Positions 7,681 through 16,262 of a stretch of 19,036 nt of DNA are shown here, piece after piece. Made by a program: the position numbers and the translations under genes. The notes beneath the pieces were generated by a model. It searched no databases, was not told the DNA's origin, and was given only the letters and a program-made list of their open reading frames with translations. Source of the stretch: Candidatus Nanopusillus sp. (lineage in GTDB: Archaea; Nanobdellota; Nanobdellia; Nanobdellales; Nanobdellaceae); contig DAIUEN010000010.1 in NCBI GenBank assembly GCA_036845085.1, positions 1 through 19,036 on the forward strand, given 5' to 3'. Each line of letters opens with the position of its first letter. The first letter of the stretch is position 1.

Positions 7681-8370
7681 TTATTGTCTTATTTCTTCAG
7701 CATTACATTCTCCACCACATAATTTACTTAAATCAGAATAAAATTCGGATATTAACCCTACAGGAACTTCAAATATGCCCAAATAGTTTTCTCCCCAATC
7801 TTCTTTTATAACATGATATTTTCCTTTCAATAAATTTATTATTTTATATCTGTTTGATGGTATAATTACCTTTATTCTTTTATATTCAATTTTTATGGGA
7901 TAAATCTTTTTAATTTCTTTTATTATTTCTTCTGCTTGTTTCTCTGTTGGCTTAAAAGGATCAATATTATATTTTACTTTTTTTATTAATTCCTCTATCC
8001 TTTCATATGTTAATGGAGCATTAGTATATCCGTCAATACATATTCTTCTAATTTGTTCTATTACCTGTTTCTTTTTTTGTTCTGTTAATTCTTTTTTATA
8101 TTCTGTTGGTATTGGTATATCTGCATTTTTTAATATTTCTTCAGCAGCTTTATATATATCTTCAGTACCAAATGCTTTTTTCAAAGATTCTCTAGAAGCT
8201 CTTTCCCCACTTTTAGAATCTTTAAATATTTCATGTACTGTCAATACATCTTTAGCATCTTTTATTTTTCCCTCTTTAAATTCCAGAGCCTTTTTTACAT
8301 CTACAAATATTTCAAAATTATAACCTTCTTTTCTATATTTTACTATTATCTCTTTATTGTTGTTCTTCAT
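7681..8370 (-). CDS. SBDS-family ribosome maturation protein
   Basis: 229 aa. The N-terminal VKYRKEGYNFEIFVD...ALEFKEGK, the overall length and the position right after psmA match the conserved archaeal proteasome/exosome superoperon. Confidence 0.85.
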   Translation of the reverse strand: MKNNNKEIIVKYRKEGYNFEIFVDVKKALEFKEGKIKDAKDVLTVHEIFKDSKSGERASRESLKKAFGTEDIYKAAEEILKNADIPIPTEYKKELTEQKKKQVIEQIRRICIDGYTNAPLTYERIEELIKKVKYNIDPFKPTEKQAEEIIKEIKKIYPIKIEYKRIKVIIPSNRYKIINLLKGKYHVIKEDWGENYLGIFEVPVGLISEFYSDLSKLCGGECNAEEIRQ

Positions 8371-9070
8371 AAAATCTTTTTATTTCTGTATTTGTTATAA
8401 TTTCGTTTTTTCCATTTATATCTATATATCCAATTATTAATCTTTCATAGCTGAAATTATTCTTTAAGAAATCCTTTAGTAATTCTATACCAAATCTTAT
8501 CGCTTCATTCAATTTCATATTACTGTATTTTTCTTCTAATATTGGTAAAATTTTATCTTCTCCTTCCCCTATTACATATGCTTTATATTGATAATATAGA
8601 CCGGATGGATCTAGAGCATAAAGCTTTGGAGTTTTTCCTTTATCAATTCCTGCAAACATAATAGAAACACCAAAAGGTCTTACTCCACTATATCTAGTAT
8701 ACAATTCCATTGTAATTCCTATTTCTTTTACTAATAATTCTAAGTCTATATCTGTTCCATAAGCTAACTTATGTTGTTGAGCAATCTCTCTCGCACTATC
8801 TATTAAAACTTTTCCATCAGGTATAAATCCAGCAAAAGTTGCTATTATGTGATCATCTACTTTTAATATCTTTTCAACTGATTCTGAAATTACTAATTTA
8901 TTAGGTATTTTTTTATCAGCTATAATTGCTACACCATCCGTAGCAATTATTCCTATAGCTGTAGATCCGCTTTTTGCAGCCTGTTTTGCATATTCTACTT
9001 GTAATAATCTTCCTTCTGGGGAGAATATAGTTAATGCTCTATCATAAGGAGCAAATCTAAATTCGTCCAT
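8354..9070 (-). CDS. psmA: Proteasome subunit alpha
   Basis: 238 aa. The signature YDRALTIFSPEGRLLQVEYA is present and the layout is typical of an alpha subunit. Confidence 0.95.
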   Translation of the reverse strand: MDEFRFAPYDRALTIFSPEGRLLQVEYAKQAAKSGSTAIGIIATDGVAIIADKKIPNKLVISESVEKILKVDDHIIATFAGFIPDGKVLIDSAREIAQQHKLAYGTDIDLELLVKEIGITMELYTRYSGVRPFGVSIMFAGIDKGKTPKLYALDPSGLYYQYKAYVIGEGEDKILPILEEKYSNMKLNEAIRFGIELLKDFLKNNFSYERLIIGYIDINGKNEIITNTEIKRFYEEQQ

Positions 9071-9366
9071 TATAGTAATTTTTTAGTAACATTTAAAAAA
9101 TGTTTTAACTCTTTTAAAGTTTTTGTTATTTTCTTTATTCTAACATTGAGTAAGTATAAAACAAAAATTAACCTATAAAGCTTTTTTTTATTTACTGATA
9201 TAATAAAATAATTATTGTATAATTCCAAAAAAACTAAGTTTAAACTATAAAAATCTATTTCTCCGAACAGCTCAATATATTTTTTCTTTAGCTCTTCTAA
9301 GCTTATTTTATTTTCTAGTAATATGTACCTTCTCTTGATATTAAGATTACCTGGTAGTAATGCCAC
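9070..9366 (-). CDS. rnp2: RNase P protein component 2 (Pop5/Rpp14 homologue), minimal length
   Basis: 98 aa. LPGNLNIKRRYILLE, LFGEIDF, YFIISVNKKKLYRLIFVLYLL and ITKTLKELKHFL align by eye with Pyrococcus Pop5 (LPPTLRDKKRYIAF, LGELG, GIIRCDRNHVYDVIFSLTLV, VSGTIKRLKRKF). It is in the conserved position upstream of psmA. The apparent start is GTG at 9366..9364, overlapping the TFB TAG stop by 1 nt. Confidence 0.65.
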   Translation of the reverse strand: MALLPGNLNIKRRYILLENKISLEELKKKYIELFGEIDFYSLNLVFLELYNNYFIISVNKKKLYRLIFVLYLLNVRIKKITKTLKELKHFLNVTKKLL

Positions 9367-10289
9367 TATTCTTCGCTACTCCTTAATTTTTCTGCAATCT
9401 CTTTTAGTTCTAATTTTTCAATTATTTCTTTGTATCTATTTCTTATGGTGACTTCTGTTATTCCAGCGACTTGTGCAATTTCTTTTTGGGTTTTTTGAAT
9501 TCCATGATTTACACATGCTAGATATATTGCAGCTGCTGCAATTCCAGCAGGACCTCTTCCAGCAGTTATTCCTGCTTTCTTAGCTTTTTCTACAATATCT
9601 ACGGCAGTTGCAGTAACTTCTGCAGGTAATCCTAAAATTGATGAAAATCTATGTACGTATTCTGTAATATCTATTGGAGCTATTTTTATCTTTAATACTT
9701 GATTTAGATGTTTTATTGCTTTACCTAATTCTCTTTTATGAATATTAGATGCTTTTACAATTTCATCCATAGTCCTGGCAACATCGTGCATCCTACATGA
9801 TATATAAACACATGCAGCAACCACAGTTTCAATAGATCTACCTCTTATTAATCCCTTTTCTACTGCAGTTAAATATAATTTTAAAGCTGTTTCTTCTGCT
9901 TGTTTAGGTAATTGTAAGAATGAAGATAATCTTTTTAGTTCTTGTTGTGCTAACTTTAGATTTCTTTCATATGAACTTGTTGATCTCTGTTGCCATTTTT
10001 TCAATTTTCTAGCGAATGTTACACTTTCAATATCACTCTCATTACTTTTAATTTCTGTAGATAGAGAAGAAGCTATATTAGAATACTTCAATACACTTCC
10101 AGTTCTAGATTTTTCTTCAAAATCACTACTTTCTATTATTCTATACTCCTTTCCTAGGTATGGGACCTCTTCAATTACATAGCCACACTTTGTACAGACT
10201 AATTCTGATGTTTTTGGATTATATATAAATTCTTTACTACCACATACAGGACATTTCAAATTTTCTTTTTTTATTATCCTCTGTACCAT
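9366..10289 (-). CDS. tfb: Transcription initiation factor IIB (TFB)
   Basis: 307 aa. It has an N-terminal zinc ribbon (CPVCGS...CTKCG) followed by two cyclin-fold repeats (RGRSIETVVAACVYISCR; GRGPAGIAAAAIYLAC). Confidence 0.95.
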   Translation of the reverse strand: MVQRIIKKENLKCPVCGSKEFIYNPKTSELVCTKCGYVIEEVPYLGKEYRIIESSDFEEKSRTGSVLKYSNIASSLSTEIKSNESDIESVTFARKLKKWQQRSTSSYERNLKLAQQELKRLSSFLQLPKQAEETALKLYLTAVEKGLIRGRSIETVVAACVYISCRMHDVARTMDEIVKASNIHKRELGKAIKHLNQVLKIKIAPIDITEYVHRFSSILGLPAEVTATAVDIVEKAKKAGITAGRGPAGIAAAAIYLACVNHGIQKTQKEIAQVAGITEVTIRNRYKEIIEKLELKEIAEKLRSSEE

Positions 10290-10311
10290 AGTATAAATTT
10301 ATAAAAATATG

Positions 10312-10319
10312 TTTATAAA
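10312..10319 (-). promoter_or_regulatory. TATA box candidate TTTATAAA for tfb (inside the palindrome GTTTATAAAC)
   Basis: It is centred about 26.5 nt upstream of the tfb ATG (10289), which fits a leaderless transcript and the archaeal TTTAWATA-type consensus. Confidence 0.4.
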
Positions 10320-10438
10320 CTTAACATTTTTAAATTATTTGGTTAAAATAACCAGTTATAAGGTAATTACAGCAAGATATACTATATAAAATTTTCTTAA
10401 GCTTTTATAAAAAAGATAAATAAAATTTATTGTGGTTG

Positions 10439-11353
10439 TTATGATAAAGATCTTTCAAACATAAGTCTTAACCATATTATTGGGAAAATTATCATAATAA
10501 ATATTATATTTAGGATTGGTGGGAAAAAGAAAGACAATATTGGTAACAGTACTACTACAATAATCAGTGATACATAGAAGGGTTTTGTAGACATTAATAG
10601 AATATCTCCTATAGGTTTTGATTTATATGAATATCCTTTTGGGGTTAATATTGGGGAAAGTAGAATACCTATTGGTATTATTGAAAAATATGTAAAGTAT
10701 GTTAAGAAATAAAAGAAATACTCTATAAATCCATAAATTATTGGACTAATTACTGAATAGTATTTTAGCATAGAAAATAAAGTCCATAAAATTATCATAG
10801 AGAAGAAAAATATCCTTATTAATTCAGAAAATTGAACCTCTAAGCTTCTACTTTTCCCAAGCCTTCTACTTTGTATTACTATATAATTCATAGAAAATAT
10901 TATTGGAGTTATAAACCCTATAGTTAATATAAATAGAATAATAGTTAACAAGTAACTTAAGTTTATCTTTTTCTGTACTTCAACATATAAATTTATACTT
11001 TTGTATATGTATTCTATAATTCCCATGTTAAATTTTGATATAGATGGACTTTCCAAATTGGTTTTTTTATTAAATATTTTATATATTAGTGCTGAAAATG
11101 GCTGATTATAAATAGAGTAGCTATATTTTCTTTCAATATTAATTGTATTAAAATTTATGTATAATCCATAAAAACTTGCTACCAGATTAAAGATAACTAA
11201 TATTATAAAGAATGAAATAATAGAATATATTATTGAAAATATTGTATTTATAATTCCCATGTATAAATTAAACCATTTATTAGCAGATAAAAAAGTTCCA
11301 ATAAGAATTAAATAAATAATCGTAGTTCTCTCTATTTTTATGATGTCAAACAT
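10439..11353 (-). CDS. Polytopic integral membrane protein, unknown function
   Basis: 304 aa with an ATG start and many long hydrophobic segments (about 7-8 predicted helices). I recognise no family motif. Confidence 0.6.
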   Translation of the reverse strand: MFDIIKIERTTIIYLILIGTFLSANKWFNLYMGIINTIFSIIYSIISFFIILVIFNLVASFYGLYINFNTINIERKYSYSIYNQPFSALIYKIFNKKTNLESPSISKFNMGIIEYIYKSINLYVEVQKKINLSYLLTIILFILTIGFITPIIFSMNYIVIQSRRLGKSRSLEVQFSELIRIFFFSMIILWTLFSMLKYYSVISPIIYGFIEYFFYFLTYFTYFSIIPIGILLSPILTPKGYSYKSKPIGDILLMSTKPFYVSLIIVVVLLPILSFFFPPILNIIFIMIIFPIIWLRLMFERSLS

Positions 11354-11395
11354 ATAAACATTTTTTTATAAATTTTTATATGTTTTTTCTTTATT

Positions 11396-13267
11396 ATGGG
11401 ATTTATGCAAAATTCGAATAATATTATATCTATAAAAGATTTATATAATATATTTAAGTTTAGGACAACTGAAGAAATAATTGTACCAGAAAAAATATCA
11501 GAACAAATAATAGGACAAGAAGAAGCATTAGAAATTATAAAAAAAGCCGCTAAGCAAGGAAGACATGTATTATTGATAGGAGAACCAGGAACTGGTAAAT
11601 CTATGTTGGCTAGAGCATTAGCAGAAATATTATCTGAGGATAAAGATCTTGTTAAAAGTTTGGAAGATATTGTTGTATTTCCAAATCCTAACGATGAATA
11701 TCAACCAATCATTAAAACATTTCCCGCTGGTATTGGTAAAAAAATTGTTAGTGAAATAAAAAGCAAAGTACAAGAGCAATTAAAGACATTTCAATATTTT
11801 TATATCTTTCTTATTATAATAGCTTCTTTAGTTCCATGGTACTTTTATTATATAGGAAATTACATAATGTCCGGGGCTACATTTATCGGATTTATGATAT
11901 TATTAGCCGGACTTTCTTTTTCTTTCCAAGCAATTCAAAGACAGTTGTACAAAAATGTTCCTAAGATTATAGTAGATAATTCAGATAAAACTTCTGTTCC
12001 TTTTGTAGATGCAACAGGTGCTTTTGAAGGAATGTTATTTGGGGATGTATTACATGACCCTTTTCAATCAGGAGGTTTAGAAACACCAGCTCATCAAAGA
12101 GTAATCGCTGGTGCTATACACAAAGCACATAAGGGAGTATTATTTATAGATGAAATTGGAACTCTTAGACCAGAAACACAAATAGAGTTATTAACAGTAA
12201 TGCAAGAAAAGAAATATTCTATTTTTGGAAGATCTGAAAGGTCTGCTGGTTCTATGGTTAGAACAACTCCAGCTCCTGCAGATTTTATACTAGTTGCTGC
12301 AGGAAATTTAGAAACATTAAAGAATTTACATCCTGCTTTTAGATCTAGAATAAGAGGATATGGGTATGAAGTTTTAATGAAAAGTGAGGTGGTTTTTACA
12401 GAAGAAAATGCTCTTAAATTTGCAAGATTTGTTGCACAAGAAGTAAAAAAGACAGGAAACATACCACATTTTACTAAAGAAGCAGTAATAGAAATTATTA
12501 AAGAAGCACAGAGAAGAGCTGGAAGAAGAGGATATTTAACTCTTAGATTAAGAGAGCTTGGTGGTATTATTAGGATAGCTGGAGATATAGCAAAAAGTAA
12601 AAATAAAGAATATGTTGATTTGGAAGACGTTTTGGAAGCTAAAGAGAAAGCATTAGATCTAGAAAATCAATATGTAAAAGAAATAATCAAAAAGATGAAA
12701 GAATATCAGGTAATTAAAAAAGAAGGATTTGAGATTGGAAGAGTGAACGGATTGGCTGTTATAGGATCTAGATTATATTATTCTGGTATCATAATACCGG
12801 TAGAAGCAGAGGTTGTTCCCGGATCTGGAAAAGGTATTGTTGAAGCTACTGGTAATCTTGGAAAAATAGCAAAGGAAGCCATTAAGAATGTTGCAACAGT
12901 TATAAAAAAGAAATATAATGAAGATTTAAAAAAATACGATGTACATGTACAATTTTTACAAACATATGAAGGAGTTGAAGGAGATTCAGCATCTATAACT
13001 GTAGCTACAGCAATAATATCTGCATTAAAAAATTGGCCTGTTAGACAGGATATTGCAATGACAGGATCTTTATCTATTAGAGGAGAAGTGTTGCCTGTTG
13101 GTGGAATAATTGCTAAAATTGAAGCAGCGATTGAAGCTGGATTAAAGGAAGTAATTGTACCAGAATTAAATTATAAAGATATACCGGAAGACTTATTTGA
13201 AAAAATAAAGATAACTACTGTAAGAAATATAGATGATGTTATATCCGTAGCTTTAAGAATTGACTAA
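11396..13267 (+). CDS. lonB: Archaeal membrane-anchored Lon protease (LonB)
   Basis: 623 aa. Walker A is [11 protein letters not shown]. Hydrophobic helices ([32 protein letters not shown]) are inserted between Walker A and Walker B (VLFIDEIG), which is the LonB hallmark. The protease domain has a Ser-Lys dyad context ([17 protein letters not shown] and [10 protein letters not shown]). Confidence 0.95.
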   Translation: MGFMQNSNNIISIKDLYNIFKFRTTEEIIVPEKISEQIIGQEEALEIIKKAAKQGRHVLLIGEPGTGKSMLARALAEILSEDKDLVKSLEDIVVFPNPNDEYQPIIKTFPAGIGKKIVSEIKSKVQEQLKTFQYFYIFLIIIASLVPWYFYYIGNYIMSGATFIGFMILLAGLSFSFQAIQRQLYKNVPKIIVDNSDKTSVPFVDATGAFEGMLFGDVLHDPFQSGGLETPAHQRVIAGAIHKAHKGVLFIDEIGTLRPETQIELLTVMQEKKYSIFGRSERSAGSMVRTTPAPADFILVAAGNLETLKNLHPAFRSRIRGYGYEVLMKSEVVFTEENALKFARFVAQEVKKTGNIPHFTKEAVIEIIKEAQRRAGRRGYLTLRLRELGGIIRIAGDIAKSKNKEYVDLEDVLEAKEKALDLENQYVKEIIKKMKEYQVIKKEGFEIGRVNGLAVIGSRLYYSGIIIPVEAEVVPGSGKGIVEATGNLGKIAKEAIKNVATVIKKKYNEDLKKYDVHVQFLQTYEGVEGDSASITVATAIISALKNWPVRQDIAMTGSLSIRGEVLPVGGIIAKIEAAIEAGLKEVIVPELNYKDIPEDLFEKIKITTVRNIDDVISVALRID

Positions 13268-13531
13268 CTTTTGAAGTTTTTTTCTTAATTCTATAATTAA
13301 ATCATGAGTACCTACTCCTAATAAAAATATAGATATATATAGGTCATATACTAAGGTAAATAAAGCTAATAATGATGCATATAAATGATGTATACGTATC
13401 TTATATTCTTTATCTAGGGTTTTTAATAATAAATTAACTTCCTTTATTTTTAATTTTTTTATTATTATATCTGAACTTATAAATCCAGAGACAAAAGATA
13501 ATATGATTAAAATTACAGATTCCTTCACCAT
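13253..13531 (-). CDS. Small membrane protein, unknown function
   Basis: 92 aa with an ATG start and two hydrophobic helices. Its 3' end overlaps the lonB 3' end by 15 nt. Long ORFs are unlikely by chance in AT-rich DNA, but nothing else supports it. Confidence 0.45.
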   Translation of the reverse strand: MVKESVILIILSFVSGFISSDIIIKKLKIKEVNLLLKTLDKEYKIRIHHLYASLLALFTLVYDLYISIFLLGVGTHDLIIELRKKLQKLVNS

Positions 13532-13552
13532 AAGTTTATATATTACTTATTC

Positions 13553-13560
13553 TTTTAAAA
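13553..13560. promoter_or_regulatory. Palindromic TATA-like octamer TTTTAAAA in a 52-bp divergent spacer; candidate shared bidirectional promoter
   Basis: The centre (13556.5) is 25.5 nt from the minus-strand ATG (13531) and 27.5 nt from the rps24e ATG (13584). The same octamer and geometry occur at 2061..2068. Confidence 0.35.
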
Positions 13561-13583
13561 TCTTTTCATAATTAAAATGATAA

Positions 13584-13868
13584 ATGGATATTAAAATATT
13601 GAACAGAGAAGAAAATAAATTATTAGATAGAGAAGAACTAATAATATTGATAGAACATAGAAATTCAGCAACACCTAATAGAACAGAGTTAAGGCAAAAG
13701 TTATCTGCAATGTTGGGTATAGATGAAAAATTAATTGTGATAAGAAAAATATTGAGTGAATATGGTAAGCAAAGATCAAAAGCATTTGTAAATGTGTATA
13801 AAAGCGAAGAAATTAGAAATAAATTAGAGCCAAAATATATATTAAAGAGGAATAAATTATTGCAATAA
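13584..13868 (+). CDS. rps24e: 30S ribosomal protein S24e
   Basis: 94 aa. NKLLDREELIILIEH..SATPNRTELRQKLSAMLG and the C-terminal EPKYILKRN are typical of S24e, and S27ae follows as in most archaea. Confidence 0.9.
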   Translation: MDIKILNREENKLLDREELIILIEHRNSATPNRTELRQKLSAMLGIDEKLIVIRKILSEYGKQRSKAFVNVYKSEEIRNKLEPKYILKRNKLLQ

Positions 13869-14029
13869 TGGGTAAAAATAGAAATATACCAGCTGTTGCA
13901 AAATATTATAAACTAGAAGGGAATAAAATAATATTATTGAAAAAGAAATGTCCTAGATGTGGAAGATTTATGGCAGAGCATGAAAATAGATATCATTGTG
14001 GATATTGTAGCTATACAGAATTTAAATGA
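13868..14029 (+). CDS. rps27ae: 30S ribosomal protein S27ae (zinc ribbon)
   Basis: Too short for the ORF track. Hand translation gives MGKNRNIPAVAKYYKLEGNKIILLKKKCPRCGRFMAEHENRYHCGYCSYTEFK (53 aa), with the S27ae pattern YY..eG.k......CPRCG.FMA.H..R..CG.C.YTEF. Its start overlaps the S24e stop (TAATG), and its TGA stop overlaps the next start (ATGA). Confidence 0.85.
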   Translation: MGKNRNIPAVAKYYKLEGNKIILLKKKCPRCGRFMAEHENRYHCGYCSYTEFK

Positions 14030-14343
14030 ATTTTGTTTTTTGGGGCAGGTTTAGGTCTATTATTGGTTTAATGTTTCAAATACCTAAAAAAGATACTATA
14101 TATATATTGGATGCAGGAAAAGATAGGAAAGAAATAATACATACTATTTTTTGTCTTAAACCTTTAGATATGTATCTTTTGAATTCGAAAGGCGAAATAG
14201 TAGAATATCATAAAAAAGTAAAACCATTCAGAATAATAATACCTAAAAAAGAATTTAGATTTCTAATAGAAGGTTTAGACTTAAAAGAAAAAGATATAAA
14301 AAATGTAATAGACTATTTATCATCTAAGAAATTGATTAGATAG
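14026..14343 (+). CDS. DUF192 (COG1430)-like small protein
   Basis: 105 aa. RSIIGLMF, HTIFCLKPLDMYLLNSKGEIV, KPF and FLIEG resemble the DUF192 pattern (r.GLM, w.knt..PLD..f.d..g.iv, P, vlE). It is translationally coupled to rps27ae. Confidence 0.55.
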   Translation: MNFVFWGRFRSIIGLMFQIPKKDTIYILDAGKDRKEIIHTIFCLKPLDMYLLNSKGEIVEYHKKVKPFRIIIPKKEFRFLIEGLDLKEKDIKNVIDYLSSKKLIR

Positions 14344-14703
14344 CAATTCAATTTCTATAAACAATCTATCTACAAAGTTTTTTATATCTTTAAGCGATTC
14401 ATTTATTGTATTATATATTTGAATTTTTGAATTTTGATCTATATATTGGTTACTACTTAATTCCTTGTAATATAACTTTAAATATTCTTTGAATAATTCA
14501 AAAATACTTATTATTTGTTTCATTGAATCAGTAATATATTGTAATTCTTCTAATTGTTTTTGGTAATACATATAACTGTTAATATTTATATTTTGCTGGC
14601 TTATATTTGTGCTTTCTATGTTCATTAAATTTTGTGAAATTTTATACAATATATTTTTTATATTTACTATAATTTGATTTTCTAGTTTTTGTATATCTTC
14701 CAT
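14320..14703 (-). CDS. Q/N-rich coiled-coil protein, unknown function
   Basis: The track calls 14320..14718, but that start is TTG. The first ATG is at 14703..14701 (MEDIQKLENQ...). The sequence has heptad-like, Q/N/I/L-rich composition and I recognise no family. Its 3' end overlaps the DUF192 gene by 24 nt. Confidence 0.5.
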   Translation of the reverse strand: MEDIQKLENQIIVNIKNILYKISQNLMNIESTNISQQNININSYMYYQKQLEELQYITDSMKQIISIFELFKEYLKLYYKELSSNQYIDQNSKIQIYNTINESLKDIKNFVDRLFIEIELLSNQFLR

Positions 14704-14736
14704 AGGTATTATATACAATTTGGCATTTATAATATT

Positions 14737-14785
14737 TCAGGGAGGAGGTGAGTCATCATTATTCAGTCGCGCGCAACCTCATCAT
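14737..14785 (-). ncRNA. C/D box sRNA (2'-O-methylation guide), double guide
   Basis: The minus strand reads AUGAUGA (C) - GGUUGCGCGCGA (12 nt) - CUGA (D') - AUA - AUGAUGA (C') - CUCACCUCCUCC (12 nt) - CUGA (D). All four boxes are perfect consensus, with the canonical archaeal 12-nt guide spacing and about 49 nt from C box to D box. It is a GC-rich island in AT-rich DNA and lies in the only gap between udg and the next gene. Confidence 0.85.
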
Positions 14786-15402
14786 TTAATATATTTTAAT
14801 ATCCCCGAGCTTTCATTTTCGTTCTCTATATTTTTCTTTATTTCATAAAAATCTTTATCAAATAAATCTCTCCAGTCTTTATGGTATAATGTAGATGCTG
14901 GATGTATAGTGGGAATTATTTTTACAATTTTATCCCATTTCTTTACTTCATATACTTTTCCCCTATGTTTCATAATAGACTCAAACTTAAGTCCGAAGTA
15001 TTCAAATATAAATTTTGTAGAGTGATTTCCTAAAGTTATAATTAATGAAGGTTTTATTATTTCTAATTGTTTTATTAGCCATATAGAACAAGATTTTATT
15101 TCTTCTTCTTTTGGATCTCTATTATTTGGGGGTCTACATTTTATAACGTTAGTAATAAATACTTTTTCTCTATCCAAATTTAATATTTTATTTATATTTT
15201 CTTCTAATATTTTTCCAGCTTTTCCAACAAAAGGTTTGCCTTTTATATCTTCTTCTCTACCCGGAGCTTCTCCTATAAATAGTATATTAGATTCTGGATT
15301 TCCATCTCCCGGTACATAGTTCGTTTTACTTAAATATAAAGGACATCTATTACAATTAAATATTTCTTTATTTAATTCTTCAATTAGTTTTTTCTTATCC
15401 AT
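14782..15402 (-). CDS. udg: Uracil-DNA glycosylase, family 4 (thermostable, 4Fe-4S type)
   Basis: 206 aa. CNRCPL, FIGEAPGREEDIKGKPFVGKAGKILE and VIKCRPPNNR are family-4 UDG motifs, including the cluster cysteines. Confidence 0.9.
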   Translation of the reverse strand: MDKKKLIEELNKEIFNCNRCPLYLSKTNYVPGDGNPESNILFIGEAPGREEDIKGKPFVGKAGKILEENINKILNLDREKVFITNVIKCRPPNNRDPKEEEIKSCSIWLIKQLEIIKPSLIITLGNHSTKFIFEYFGLKFESIMKHRGKVYEVKKWDKIVKIIPTIHPASTLYHKDWRDLFDKDFYEIKKNIENENESSGILKYIK

Positions 15403-15431
15403 TTATTAAAATATATAAGTAAAAAAATTTT

Positions 15432-16262
15432 ATGTTTGTACATGCAAAAGGTAATTTAGAAGAAGCAAAATATATTATTATAGGAGTTCCTTTGAGTTTG
15501 GGTAGTGATATTAAAGATAAAAAATATGAATTAGGACCAAGAGGTATTAGAGAAGGTTCTTATAAAGTTTATTTACCGATGTTTGGAAAAATAGATTTTA
15601 AAAAAATATATGATTATGGAGATATAAACATTAAGAATAACTATTTGAAAGAAGATTTAGACATTATATATAAAGAAATAAAAAAAATATATGATAAAAG
15701 TAAAAAATATATCTTCTTAGGAGGAAATCATTTAATAACGTATCCAATATTAAAAATTATAAAAGAAGAATGGGATGATTTTTATTTATTATATTTTGAT
15801 TCTCATCCAGATATTCATCCAGATCCTGAAGTAAATTATGAAAGTTTTTTATTTTATTCTATAAAAGAAGAAATAATAGAACCAGAAAAAATTTTAATGA
15901 TAGGTGTTTCTAATTTATCTATTGATGAAAAAGACATAATGGATCATTGGGGAATAAAATATTATAATTCTTTTGAGATAATAAATAAGATAAATGATAT
16001 TAGTAAGGAAATTTCTTATATACTCAAAGGTAAAAATTTATATATTTCTTTAGATTTAGATGTATTCAAAAACATGTGCGGACACTGGAAAGAACCATTT
16101 GGTATAGACTGGTATTATTATTTTAAGATAATAATGGATTTGGATGCAAATCTATTGGGATTTGACATAACAGAATTATATTATAATGAATTTTGTAATA
16201 TTTTTTCTGCTAGAATTTTGTTAGAAACAATATCTATATTCGATAGATCTATACAATCTTAA
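15432..16262 (+). CDS. Arginase-family ureohydrolase (agmatinase-like)
   Basis: 276 aa. The three family motifs are present in variant form: GGNHLITYP (GGDHS), FDSHPDIHPD (DAHxD) and SLDLDVF (SxDxDxxDP). The metal-ligand His and Asp positions appear retained. Confidence 0.75.
   Translation: MFVHAKGNLEEAKYIIIGVPLSLGSDIKDKKYELGPRGIREGSYKVYLPMFGKIDFKKIYDYGDINIKNNYLKEDLDIIYKEIKKIYDKSKKYIFLGGNHLITYPILKIIKEEWDDFYLLYFDSHPDIHPDPEVNYESFLFYSIKEEIIEPEKILMIGVSNLSIDEKDIMDHWGIKYYNSFEIINKINDISKEISYILKGKNLYISLDLDVFKNMCGHWKEPFGIDWYYYFKIIMDLDANLLGFDITELYYNEFCNIFSARILLETISIFDRSIQS

Noticed and set aside
10341-10353. Hairpin GGTTA-AAA-TAACC as terminator or regulatory RNA
   Set aside because: It has only a 5-bp, largely A/T stem with a 3-nt loop, which is easily produced by chance in this composition.
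12094-12462. 122-aa minus-strand ORF
   Set aside because: It is antisense to the conserved AAA+ core of lonB. It stays open only because this segment is locally more GC-rich.
14704-14718. TTG-initiated extension (MYIIP) of the coiled-coil ORF
   Set aside because: The first ATG is at 14703, and a TATA-like TTATAAAT sits about 25 nt upstream of it. The TTG start has no support.
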